Origin: Bacillota bacterium | GTDB taxonomy: Bacteria > Bacillota_I > Bacilli_A > RF39 > UBA660 | Assembly: GCA_015059155.1 (NCBI GenBank) | Contig: SVAX01000001.1 | Location: 26,247 to 90,246, forward strand | Direction: 5' to 3' | Length of the DNA: 64,000 nucleotides | Part shown: piece after piece, positions 1 through 8,397 of the stretch | Layout: every line of letters begins with the position of its first letter | Numbering within the stretch: position 1 is the first letter of the stretch | Translations under genes and position numbers: made by a program | Notes under the pieces: generated by a model | The model's input: the letters and a program-made list of their open reading frames with translations, nothing else | Told to the model about the DNA's origin: nothing | The model's database searches: none

Positions 1-217
1 TAATAGCATCTTCTTTATTTCCTACACTACTAATCCCCTTAAATCTATCACATATAAGATTTAGGGCGATTGAAGAAGCAACTTCCCCATTCTTATGTCC
101 ACCCATTCCATCAGCAACTATAAGTAATTTCTCTTTTGCACCATTTTCTACTATAGATACACTATCCTCATTTCTTTCCCTAACTTTACCAGGATCTGTT
201 ATATAATAATAATCCAT
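1..217 (-). CDS. prpC: PP2C-family Ser/Thr protein phosphatase, N-terminal part (gene runs off the window edge)
   Basis: My own translation of the minus strand from the ATG at 217 gives [49 protein letters not shown]..., which carries the RxxNED and DGMGGH motifs of PP2C phosphatases. It lies 1 nt downstream of rlmN, as in the conserved rlmN-prpC-prkC neighbourhood. It is absent from the ORF track because it is truncated. Confidence 0.8.
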   Translation of the reverse strand, partial: MDYYYITDPGKVRERNEDSVSIVENGAKEKLLIVADGMGGHKNGEVASSIALNLICDRFKGISSVGNKEDAI

Positions 218-218
218 A

Positions 219-1238
219 TTATACCTCCTCATAGTGTGAACGTAATTGTCCACAAGCAGCATTAACTTTACTACCAAACTCTCTTCTTATTGTAACTCCA
301 ATATTATTCTTCTTCAATACATCATAAAATTTCATAATATCATCTTGACTACTCTTTTTATACTCTATATGACTAGTCTCATTATAAGGTATTAAATTTA
401 CATAGCAATTCATTCCTTTAAGTAATTTACTTAATTCTAAGGCACATAAAGTACTATCATTAACACCCTTAAGCATTATATATTCAAAAGTTACTCTCCT
501 ATTTGTTTTTGCTATATAATCTTTTATAGCAATCATTATTTCTTCTATCGGATAAGCTTTATTAATGTTCATAATCTTATCTCTTATCTGATTATTCGGA
601 GCGTGTAAACTTATGGCTAAATTAACCTGCTTATCATAATTAGTAAATTCTCTTATTTTTGGTACTATACCACACGTAGATACAGTTATATGTCTACTAC
701 CTATAGCTATTCCTTTATCAGAATTTACTATGTCTATAAATTTAATAACATTTTCATAGTTATCAAAAGGTTCTCCTATACCCATTAAAACTATATGAGA
801 AAGTCTAGTCTTTATATCTTCTTCCACCATAAGTATCTGAAGTACCATTTCATATGTTTCAAGATTTCTAACTTTTTTTAATCTTCCACTTTCACAAAAC
901 TTACATCCCATATTACAACCTACTTGAGTTGAAATACAAATACTTGTGCCATAATCATGATACATAACAACAGCTTCTACTTTTTCTCCATCTTTAAGTC
1001 TAAATAAGTATTTAGCTACATCTATATCTTCTTGTTTTTGTATTATTTCTAATCTGTCAAAATAAAAATCATTCTTCATTGTATTTATAGTTTCTTTTGA
1101 TACATTACGCATTTCTTCAAAGTTTTTAATTCTTTTTCTATATACCCAATCAAAAACTTGAGTAGCTTTAAATTTTTTATCATTTCTATCTATAAAATAC
1201 TTTTCTAATTCTTCAAACGTTATTCCATATATATTCAT
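219..1238 (-). CDS. rlmN: 23S rRNA/tRNA adenine-C2 methyltransferase RlmN (radical SAM)
   Basis: 339 aa with the radical-SAM cluster motif CNMGCKFC and the C-terminal ACGQL motif typical of RlmN/Cfr. It lies upstream of prpC. Confidence 0.9.
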   Translation of the reverse strand: MNIYGITFEELEKYFIDRNDKKFKATQVFDWVYRKRIKNFEEMRNVSKETINTMKNDFYFDRLEIIQKQEDIDVAKYLFRLKDGEKVEAVVMYHDYGTSICISTQVGCNMGCKFCESGRLKKVRNLETYEMVLQILMVEEDIKTRLSHIVLMGIGEPFDNYENVIKFIDIVNSDKGIAIGSRHITVSTCGIVPKIREFTNYDKQVNLAISLHAPNNQIRDKIMNINKAYPIEEIMIAIKDYIAKTNRRVTFEYIMLKGVNDSTLCALELSKLLKGMNCYVNLIPYNETSHIEYKKSSQDDIMKFYDVLKKNNIGVTIRREFGSKVNAACGQLRSHYEEV

Positions 1239-1342
1239 AAATACACCTATATCAATTATATCAAAAATAGAAAAAAAATAATAGGAATTTCTATTATTTT
1301 AACATAATTATTAACTTATAACTTTACACTTTTATTAATTAT

Positions 1343-1369
1343 GAAAAATAAAAGCCATTCCTGGCTTTT
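1343..1369 (-). terminator. Rho-independent terminator downstream of the amidase gene
   Basis: Stem AAAAGCCA / TGGCTTTT with a 4-nt loop, followed on the minus strand by ATTTTT. Confidence 0.6.
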
Positions 1370-1478
1370 ACAGTAGTAAGGAGTGTTTGTTTAAGGATTT
1401 ACCTTACAAGGTTTTATCGCCTTGCAAATACATTATATAATTTATATGTGTATGAAAGTTGTCGAAAATGTGTAAATT

Positions 1479-2729
1479 TTATGAAATATTTAAATATTCT
1501 TCTATTGATTTAGATATTGCTTTAGCAAATGCATCTTTTTTATTCACTATATTTTCTAAATCTTTTTTGTAATTCATATAACCTAATTCTATTAAATAAG
1601 GTTCTGCTACTTTGTTAGAATTATAATATTTATTTAATCCATGTTCTTCGTTTCTTCCATCTATATATGCTCCAGTATTAATTCCACCTACTTCACGAAT
1701 CATATACATATATGGTGACCCTACTTTAATATCATAAGGTTTCATATTGTTAGCTATCATATCGTTACTAGAATCTTTAATATTTTGTTTTGTAAAATAA
1801 GTATAGTATACTCCATTTGATATTTTATCTGTTAGTTTTTTTGAAAAACCTACTATTTCACTTATATTGCGAGCTAGAGTTTGAGCAAAATCATAATTTA
1901 TATCATTCGGTGTATATACTTCTACACCACCATAATTCATATAACCATCAAAACTATTTAAATGGATTGATAAAGAATATTTTGAATCAACTTTATTTGG
2001 TATAACTGCTCTACCTTCATCACCATATGCATCTAAGTAAATATCATTAGTTCTAGTTAATTTAACTTTTAATCCTAAATCTTCTAACTCCTCTTTTAAT
2101 AATAAAGATATTTCTAAAGTTAAATCTGATTCATGATAATTTACCCCATTTAATGCATAACTAGCTCCTATATCATTTCCTCCATGTCCTGGATCTATAG
2201 TAATATCATAAACATCTTTAGGTAATGATGTATTTACTATTTTTAAACTTAAATAACTTTTATTAATATATTCATTAAAATCTATATTTATTTTATTATT
2301 TTTATTATTTTTAGTTATCGTATAATACTCTATATCTTTATAATCAGTATTATTTTCTAAAGTATAATATTTATCGTCTTCTTTTACTAACAACAAAAAC
2401 TTACCTAAGTCTAATTCATCTAAATTTATCCCTTCATTATTTTTATCAGATAACACAAAACAAGTTTTATCATCTTCTTTTTCAAAAGAACCATCTATAA
2501 CAATTTCTTCTTTAGTATTTTTTAATATTAAGGATAATTCTCCTTCTAAAATTTCATCTATACAACCACTAATATTTAAATGTGTTCCAAATACTGTATA
2601 TTTTTCTACATAAAAATAATCATCTTCTGTTTGTTCTACTACTCTTTTTAAATCATTTAAATAAAAAAACTTATAATAACAAAACACCCCTATTATTAAT
2701 AATAAGAATAATATAAGTTTCTTTTTCAT
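1479..2729 (-). CDS. Membrane-anchored N-acetylmuramoyl-L-alanine amidase (Amidase_3 type)
   Basis: N-terminal hydrophobic anchor (KKKLILFLLLIIGVFCYY). The C-terminal domain has DPGHGGNDIGA and further Amidase_3-like blocks. Confidence 0.7.
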   Translation of the reverse strand: MKKKLILFLLLIIGVFCYYKFFYLNDLKRVVEQTEDDYFYVEKYTVFGTHLNISGCIDEILEGELSLILKNTKEEIVIDGSFEKEDDKTCFVLSDKNNEGINLDELDLGKFLLLVKEDDKYYTLENNTDYKDIEYYTITKNNKNNKINIDFNEYINKSYLSLKIVNTSLPKDVYDITIDPGHGGNDIGASYALNGVNYHESDLTLEISLLLKEELEDLGLKVKLTRTNDIYLDAYGDEGRAVIPNKVDSKYSLSIHLNSFDGYMNYGGVEVYTPNDINYDFAQTLARNISEIVGFSKKLTDKISNGVYYTYFTKQNIKDSSNDMIANNMKPYDIKVGSPYMYMIREVGGINTGAYIDGRNEEHGLNKYYNSNKVAEPYLIELGYMNYKKDLENIVNKKDAFAKAISKSIEEYLNIS

Positions 2730-2762
2730 ACTACCACCTCTAAATTATATCAAAAAGTATGG

Positions 2763-3755
2763 TTAATACCATACTCCAAATACGATTGCAGCCATACTAA
2801 GTAGTAATCCTATACACCAAAATACTACTACGATATCTCTTTCATTCCAACCAAGTTTTTCTAAATGATGATGAAACGGTGTCATTAAGAAAACTTTTTT
2901 GTGAAAAAAAACCATACTTACTATTTGTATCAAACAAACTAAAGTTTCAAATATAAATACTCCAGCTATTATTATAAATGTTAATTCATGACTAGTTATG
3001 ATTGCTATTGTAGCCATAACAGCACCTAAAGCTAAACTTCCTGTATCTCCCATAAATACTTTTGCAGGTCTTGAATTAAAAGCAAGAAACCCAAGTAAAC
3101 ATCCAACAAGAACAAAGCAGAAAACTGATATATCACTTGTCCCTTGTATGGCAGGAGAATTTGCACTTATTAAAGCAAATGTTAAGAAAGCTATTAAAGA
3201 AAGCCCTCCAGCAAGACCATCAAGTCCATCTGTAATATTAACTGCGTTTGAACTTGCTACTAACATAAACAATATAAATATTCCATAGAACCATCCAAGA
3301 TTTATTTCTATACCTAAAGTATATATTTCAACAATTGGTTCAGCACCACTTTTCATATATATTATAAAGAATATTATAGCTATTAATATTTGACCTATTA
3401 ATTTTTGAACTACAGTAAGTCCCTCATTATTTTTTCTTTTTATTATTAAGTAGTCATCAATAAAACCTAATAATGCATAACTTAAAAATACAAACATAAC
3501 TATAAATAAGTTAGCAGAAAACTCAATTTTATTCCAAAGTAGTAATACTATAATTGCAAGTATTGTTGGAATTATAAATATTAATCCACCCATAGTAGGA
3601 GTACCTGCTTTTTCTTTATGAGCTTTAAACACATAACTGCTTAATGTTTGTCTAGCTTTTAATTTTTTTAAGAGTGGCACTAAAATTACACCAAATACAA
3701 TTGATATTATAAATCCAATCATTAGTGCGAGCACTCCTCTAGTTAGTTGATACAT
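2763..3755 (-). CDS. mraY: Phospho-N-acetylmuramoyl-pentapeptide transferase MraY
   Basis: Polytopic membrane protein with the MraY blocks GTPTMGG, NAVNITDGLDGLA and MGDTGSLALG. The track start at 3764 is a GTG inside the SD (GAGGTGAAATATATG), so I place the start at the ATG at 3755. Confidence 0.9.
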   Translation of the reverse strand: MYQLTRGVLALMIGFIISIVFGVILVPLLKKLKARQTLSSYVFKAHKEKAGTPTMGGLIFIIPTILAIIVLLLWNKIEFSANLFIVMFVFLSYALLGFIDDYLIIKRKNNEGLTVVQKLIGQILIAIIFFIIYMKSGAEPIVEIYTLGIEINLGWFYGIFILFMLVASSNAVNITDGLDGLAGGLSLIAFLTFALISANSPAIQGTSDISVFCFVLVGCLLGFLAFNSRPAKVFMGDTGSLALGAVMATIAIITSHELTFIIIAGVFIFETLVCLIQIVSMVFFHKKVFLMTPFHHHLEKLGWNERDIVVVFWCIGLLLSMAAIVFGVWY

Positions 3756-3760
3756 ATATT

Positions 3761-5092
3761 TCACCTCAAATATTTCATTACTTTTTCTTTATCACTAAAA
3801 GGAATTTTTTTATCTCTTATTATTTGATAATCTTCATGTCCTTTTCCTAACAATAATAGTATATCATTTTTTGATAACATTTGTATACTTTTCTTTATAG
3901 CTTTTTCTCTGTTTTCAATAATTTTATAATTTTTTATGTCAAGTTTACAAGTTATATCTTTAAGTATTTTTTTAGGCTTTTCATATCTTGGATTATCACT
4001 AGTAAATATTACATAATCTGAATATTTTGTAGCAATATCCCCCATTATACTTCTTTTAGAACGATCTCTATTACCTCCACAACCTATTAAAGTTATTACT
4101 TTATTATGAGGTAATTTAGATACATTAGTTATTATCTTTTCTACTGCATCAGGAGTATGAGCATAATCTATTATTATTACATTGTCTTTATAATTTATAA
4201 TATCCATTCTACCATTAGGTGAATCTAAATTTTCTATTACCTCTTTTATTTTTTCTACTTCAAGTAATTTTAACAAAATTATTACAACAGTTATATTATA
4301 AATATTATATTCACCTATTAATTTAGTAAAATATTCTTCATCATTTAATCTAAAACTAGATCCTTTTATAGTACAATTTATATCACTTATTTTGTAATCA
4401 TTACTAGTTTTTCCATATGTTATATTTTTATTATCTAAAATAAAATAATCTTTGTATTTATCATCACTATTAATAATAGCAAAACTATTATTAGTCATTT
4501 TAAATAGTTTCTGTTTCTCTAATACATAGTTATCAATTGTACCATGATAATCTAAATGATCTTGTGTTAAATTAGAAAATATTACATAATCGAAAACAAG
4601 TGTATCTACCCTACCCATAGATATTCCCTGACTGCTTACTTCCATTACTACATATTCATAATTATTTTGTACACATTCAAGTAACATTTCATATAATTCA
4701 TAAAGACTAGGTGTAGTGTTTGTAAGCATTCTTTTTTCATCAGTTAAATAGAAACCTAATGTTCCAATATATGCACATTTCTTATTTATTTTATTTAAAG
4801 CTTGATACAACAAAAAACATGTGGTTGTTTTTCCATTTGTTCCTGTCATACCAATAAGTTTTAATTTTTTTATTTCATCATAGTAATTATTTTCAAGATA
4901 TTCTTTTAAATATTCTTTAGTATCTTTAACTACAATAGTATTAACATTATATTCTCCTTCTTCTACTATTACTGTACTAGCTCCATTTTTTATAGCATCT
5001 ATTACGTATTTATGTCCATCATTATTTATTCCTCTTAAAGCTATAAAAGTATCTCCTTTTATAACTTTTCTAGAATCAATTTTTATATTCAT
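3761..5092 (-). CDS. murE: Mur ligase, MurE-type paralogue 1 (UDP-MurNAc-L-Ala-D-Glu : diamino acid ligase), short form
   Basis: DSRKVIKGDTFIAL N-terminus, P-loop GMTGTNGKTTT, and C-terminal FTSDNPRYEKP (the DNPR motif of MurE). It sits directly upstream of mraY. Confidence 0.75.
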   Translation of the reverse strand: MNIKIDSRKVIKGDTFIALRGINNDGHKYVIDAIKNGASTVIVEEGEYNVNTIVVKDTKEYLKEYLENNYYDEIKKLKLIGMTGTNGKTTTCFLLYQALNKINKKCAYIGTLGFYLTDEKRMLTNTTPSLYELYEMLLECVQNNYEYVVMEVSSQGISMGRVDTLVFDYVIFSNLTQDHLDYHGTIDNYVLEKQKLFKMTNNSFAIINSDDKYKDYFILDNKNITYGKTSNDYKISDINCTIKGSSFRLNDEEYFTKLIGEYNIYNITVVIILLKLLEVEKIKEVIENLDSPNGRMDIINYKDNVIIIDYAHTPDAVEKIITNVSKLPHNKVITLIGCGGNRDRSKRSIMGDIATKYSDYVIFTSDNPRYEKPKKILKDITCKLDIKNYKIIENREKAIKKSIQMLSKNDILLLLGKGHEDYQIIRDKKIPFSDKEKVMKYLR

Positions 5093-5146
5093 AAAAACAC
5101 CTCAATATAGTTTATGAATTAAAGAGGCGTTTGTGTTTTTACTGAT

Positions 5147-5175
5147 TTGACAAATATAATATAATTTATTATAAT
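5147..5175 (+). promoter_or_regulatory. SigA-type promoter of antisense RNA, copy A
   Basis: TTGACA (5147-5152), a 17-nt spacer, then TATAAT (5170-5175). Confidence 0.7.
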
Positions 5176-5181
5176 GTATAT

Positions 5182-5293
5182 AGATGAGGGAAACTTCATA
5201 CAATAAAAAAGGGAATGTTCAGTTTGCTACACTGAATGTCTACCTAAAAGTTTTAGGCGACATTTAAGCTAAATGCTTAAGTGTCATTTTTTT
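5182..5293 (+). ncRNA. Putative antitoxin antisense RNA, copy A (about 110 nt)
   Basis: It starts downstream of the consensus promoter and ends at the terminator hairpin GACATTTAAGC/GCTTAAGTGTC plus T7. It is complementary to the 3' part of the convergent peptide mRNA. Ends are approximate. Confidence 0.55.
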
Positions 5294-5374
5294 ATAGCTA
5301 ATACCAACAAGGTAAGAAGCGATAAAATGATAGAGATGTATCTTAAAATTTTTATTACAAAAATTTTTTTTCAT
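5284..5374 (-). pseudogene. Type I toxin-like peptide gene, copy A, out of frame because of an A8 run after the ATG
   Basis: GGAGGT-N6-ATG at 5374. The frame equivalent to copy B reads IFVIKILRYISIILSLLTLLVLAIKK-TGA but is displaced by +1 from the ATG. With A7 instead of A8 it would read MKKIFVIKILRY... The ATG frame as given encodes a 36-aa peptide, MKKNFCNKNFKIHLYHFIASYLVGISYKKMTLKHLA (5264..5374). Confidence 0.55.
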
Positions 5375-5438
5375 CTTATCACCTCCAATCTTTCAAGATT
5401 AAAGGTAGACACTCTGTAACTGATATTCCCTATTAATA

Positions 5439-5468
5439 ATTATACCATTTGTATATATGCTAAATCAA
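5439..5468 (-). promoter_or_regulatory. Promoter of toxin mRNA, copy A
   Basis: On the minus strand: TTGATT, an 18-nt spacer, then the extended -10 TGGTATAAT. Confidence 0.55.
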
Positions 5469-5564
5469 TATAAATTTTATAAAAACACGTATTTTTATTG
5501 TTCTATATTTTTTAACAAAAACGAGCATTAAAATATGATATAATGTTGTTAGGAGGAGTTGAAA

Positions 5565-6299
5565 ATGTTAAGATATTTAAACTATGATAAAATAAATATT
5601 GATGAGGAATTTATAAAAATTCAAAATTCAAAAGAGGCAGAAATTATATTAGAACCTAATAATAAAATATGTTTGTTTATTTTAGGTATGTTATTTGTAA
5701 ATGGAATTAAAATAAAATTATTAAATGAAGAAGAATTAAATTTAAAAGAAACAAATAAATCTTTTTCTATGATGCCTTATGTTTGGAGTAAAATTGGTGA
5801 TAATAATTTTAATTATTCTAATGTTGGAACTGAAATGGATAAAAGAATTGAAAATATAAAAAGACTTGGTGTTAAAGTAGAAAAAATAAATAATAATCCT
5901 ATTGATAATAAAATATTTTTAATTTGTCCTGTTAGAAATGCAACTGGTAACCAAAAAAAATGGATAGAAAATTTTGTTAAAGAAAAAAATACTGAAGGAT
6001 TTATTATACACGCTCCTCACCTTCATACTATACAAAGTGATTTGTTTGGTGGATATGCTATATGTAGACAAAATGCTAATGCTGTAGCTACTTCTGAAGA
6101 AATAGATATTTATTATGACCAATCAAGTACTGGTAGCGTTTTTGATTTAGGTGTAGCATATGCTTTAAATAAACCATTATTACTATTAAACAAAGAAGAA
6201 ATTATATTTGATAATAATGATTTAATTGATACAACAATAAAATCATGGCCTTATAAGAAAGAAAAACAAAAAGTATTATCAAAAAAGAACACGAAATAG
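5565..6299 (+). CDS. Hypothetical protein with a C-terminal nucleoside 2-deoxyribosyltransferase-like domain
   Basis: The C-terminal half (IFLICPVRNAT ... SSTGSVFDLGVAYALNKPLLLL) resembles the xYxAGP ... D.GT..E.G.A.A.gKP pattern of the deoxyribosyltransferase/Rcl fold. The N-terminal 115 aa are unrecognised. The track start (TTG 5559) is only 2 nt from the AGGAGG, so I prefer the ATG at 5565. Confidence 0.45.
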   Translation: MLRYLNYDKINIDEEFIKIQNSKEAEIILEPNNKICLFILGMLFVNGIKIKLLNEEELNLKETNKSFSMMPYVWSKIGDNNFNYSNVGTEMDKRIENIKRLGVKVEKINNNPIDNKIFLICPVRNATGNQKKWIENFVKEKNTEGFIIHAPHLHTIQSDLFGGYAICRQNANAVATSEEIDIYYDQSSTGSVFDLGVAYALNKPLLLLNKEEIIFDNNDLIDTTIKSWPYKKEKQKVLSKKNTK

Positions 6300-6312
6300 T
6301 GTTCTTATTTTT
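6285..6312. terminator. Bidirectional terminator shared by the convergent genes 5565..6299 and 6305..6808
   Basis: Stem AAGAACAC / GTGTTCTT with a 6-nt loop and T-runs on both strands. Confidence 0.65.
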
Positions 6313-6808
6313 TATCTAATGTTTTTTGCTTATTTAATTCTTTAGCAGGTATAATATCTTCTCTTACACTTTCAGCATATGGTTCTTTTAAATTACCTTC
6401 TTCATCAAGTATACCAGCTCTTTGAAGGCTTTCTACTGCTTCTTTTTTAGCAAGTTCAGGACATTCTTTTTCTAATACTTTTAATTCTTCTAACATTTGT
6501 TTTTGTTTTTCTATAAAATCAACTGGATCATATGGCTTATTAATATCTTTTTCATTTATTTTAATATATTTTAATAATATATCTTTTTTAGATAGCATTA
6601 AAGGATTTAGTATTTGTCCATTTTTATATGTTGCTATAGCTAATATAGAATAATATTTAGTTAAAGATTCAACTTGATCATTTTCTTCTAATAATATCTT
6701 TTCTCCTGTTAATATTTCTTTATATTCATTATTTATTATCTTTTTACATATAAATTTATACCCTCTTTTTTCTACAACCCATAAATAAAATACATTATAT
6801 TTTTTCAT
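6305..6808 (-). CDS. Hypothetical protein (167 aa), 9 nt downstream of murE paralogue 2
   Basis: Long ORF with the local codon bias, tightly spaced behind the upstream gene. I recognise no motif. Confidence 0.5.
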   Translation of the reverse strand: MKKYNVFYLWVVEKRGYKFICKKIINNEYKEILTGEKILLEENDQVESLTKYYSILAIATYKNGQILNPLMLSKKDILLKYIKINEKDINKPYDPVDFIEKQKQMLEELKVLEKECPELAKKEAVESLQRAGILDEEGNLKEPYAESVREDIIPAKELNKQKTLDKK

Positions 6809-6817
6809 ATTACCACC

Positions 6818-8254
6818 CTATCTATTTGTTACTTTTAGTCTATCACCTAAATGTTTTTTACATTCTTCTATATCATTAAAGTAAATTGTTCTATCTTTTA
6901 ATTTTTGATATGATTCATTACCTTTACCAAGAACCATTACCATATCGCCTTCTCTTGCTACATCAATAGCTCTTTTAATTGCTGTACTTCTATCTACTAT
7001 TATTTCATAATTATTTCTATCTTTTATATTTTCTATCATCATATCTATAATATCTTTTGGATCCTCTGATCTTGGATCTTCATAAGTGAATATAGCAAGA
7101 TCACAATTTTTAGAAACTATTTCACCTACTGTTTTTCTTTTATACGGATCTCTTTCACCCGCTTGACCTATTACTACTATACTTCTTTTAATTGGAAGCA
7201 ATCTTACATATTCAAGTAATTTTGTTATTCCATTTGGAGTATGAGCATAATCTACCATAAGGTAGAAATCTTGTCCCATATCAATCATTTCAAGTCTTCC
7301 ACTTACTTTTAATAGTGGTATTCTAGATTGAATATAATCGAAATCATAACCTAAAGCAAATAAAGTAAGAATAGCTGCACTTAAATTGTATATATTAAAT
7401 AAACCTGCCATAGGACTATCTATTTCATATTCTTTATCTTTATAAACAATTGTAAATAAGTTTCTACCTGGATATAATCTTATATTTTTAAAGTATAAAT
7501 CATTATCAGTACCTTCTCCATAAGTTAATACTTTTCCATTAGCAGCTTCTTTAGCTTGCTCATAGTGTTCATCATCTTTATTTAATATACAAAAACCATC
7601 TTTTTTAGTTTGACTAAATAACTTACACTTATCAGCTATATAATTTTCTAGTGTTCCATGAATATTTAAGTGTTCACTTGTTATATTAGTTAAAATAGAA
7701 ACATCATATTCTATATTTTTAACTCTACCACGCATTAAAGCTTCACTACAAACTTCCATAGAACAATACCTACAACCAGCATCAACAAATTCTCTTAAAT
7801 AACCATAAAGTTTATCTGCATCTGGGGTTGTATTATTGGTAGCTTTATCAAATTTAGCACAACTATATCCATTAGTACCTATATATCCAGAAAACTCATC
7901 ACCTAATAAAGTTTGTACCATAGTAGCTACACTAGTTTTTCCATCTGTTCCTGTTACTCCTATCATAGTAAGCTTTTCTTCTGGCGCATCATAAAATTTA
8001 GATTCTATTATATGAAGTAAATCATTTGGATTATCTACTTTTATTATAGGAACCGACTTTTCTCCAACATCTTTTTTTACAATTATGGCTACAGCTCCTC
8101 TTTCAATCGCATCATCTATAAAATCATGTCTATCTAAAGTACCCATGTCAGTACAAACAAATAAATCTCCATTTTCTATTTCTCTAGAGTTTATTTTTAT
8201 ACCATTAATTTCTATATCATAATTACAATCAATTAGTTCATTTAATTTTTTCAT
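6818..8254 (-). CDS. murE: Mur ligase, MurE-type paralogue 2
   Basis: P-loop GVTGTDGKTSV, MurE-like middle domain, and C-terminal FTYEDPRSEDP. I place the start at the ATG at 8254 (GGTGATAAT ATG) rather than the track start at 8284. Confidence 0.8.
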   Translation of the reverse strand: MKKLNELIDCNYDIEINGIKINSREIENGDLFVCTDMGTLDRHDFIDDAIERGAVAIIVKKDVGEKSVPIIKVDNPNDLLHIIESKFYDAPEEKLTMIGVTGTDGKTSVATMVQTLLGDEFSGYIGTNGYSCAKFDKATNNTTPDADKLYGYLREFVDAGCRYCSMEVCSEALMRGRVKNIEYDVSILTNITSEHLNIHGTLENYIADKCKLFSQTKKDGFCILNKDDEHYEQAKEAANGKVLTYGEGTDNDLYFKNIRLYPGRNLFTIVYKDKEYEIDSPMAGLFNIYNLSAAILTLFALGYDFDYIQSRIPLLKVSGRLEMIDMGQDFYLMVDYAHTPNGITKLLEYVRLLPIKRSIVVIGQAGERDPYKRKTVGEIVSKNCDLAIFTYEDPRSEDPKDIIDMMIENIKDRNNYEIIVDRSTAIKRAIDVAREGDMVMVLGKGNESYQKLKDRTIYFNDIEECKKHLGDRLKVTNR

Positions 8255-8339
8255 ATTATCACCACTATCTATATTATATAACAAACTTTAATTCTTTTAC
8301 AATTAATTTACTTATTTTCTTTGTAATTTCTTTATTTTC

Positions 8340-8368
8340 TTGACAAATTTAGTTAATTATTTTATGAT
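8340..8368 (+). promoter_or_regulatory. SigA-type promoter of the arginase gene
   Basis: TTGACA, a 17-nt spacer, then TATGAT, about 30 nt upstream of the GTG start. Confidence 0.55.
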
Positions 8369-8397
8369 TAATAATAGAGAAGTTCAAAGGTGATTAT

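Larger units (their letters stand above)
5145..5465. repeat. Dispersed repeat copy A (about 315 bp) carrying the type I TA-like module; its partner is at 27084..27400
   Basis: Direct alignment by eye shows long identical stretches, e.g. gacatttaagctaaatgcttaagtgtcattttttt, ataccaacaaggtaagaagcgataaaatgata, and catcttatcacctccaatctttcaagattaaaggtagacactc. Confidence 0.9.

Noticed and set aside
1388-1441. 17-aa plus-strand mini-ORF (TTG start after TAAGGAG) in the rlmN-amidase gap.
   Set aside because: It has a non-ATG start, is very short, and has no promoter or terminator logic on that strand. The SD-like string is more simply read as the complement of an anti-SD stretch on the minus-strand RNA.
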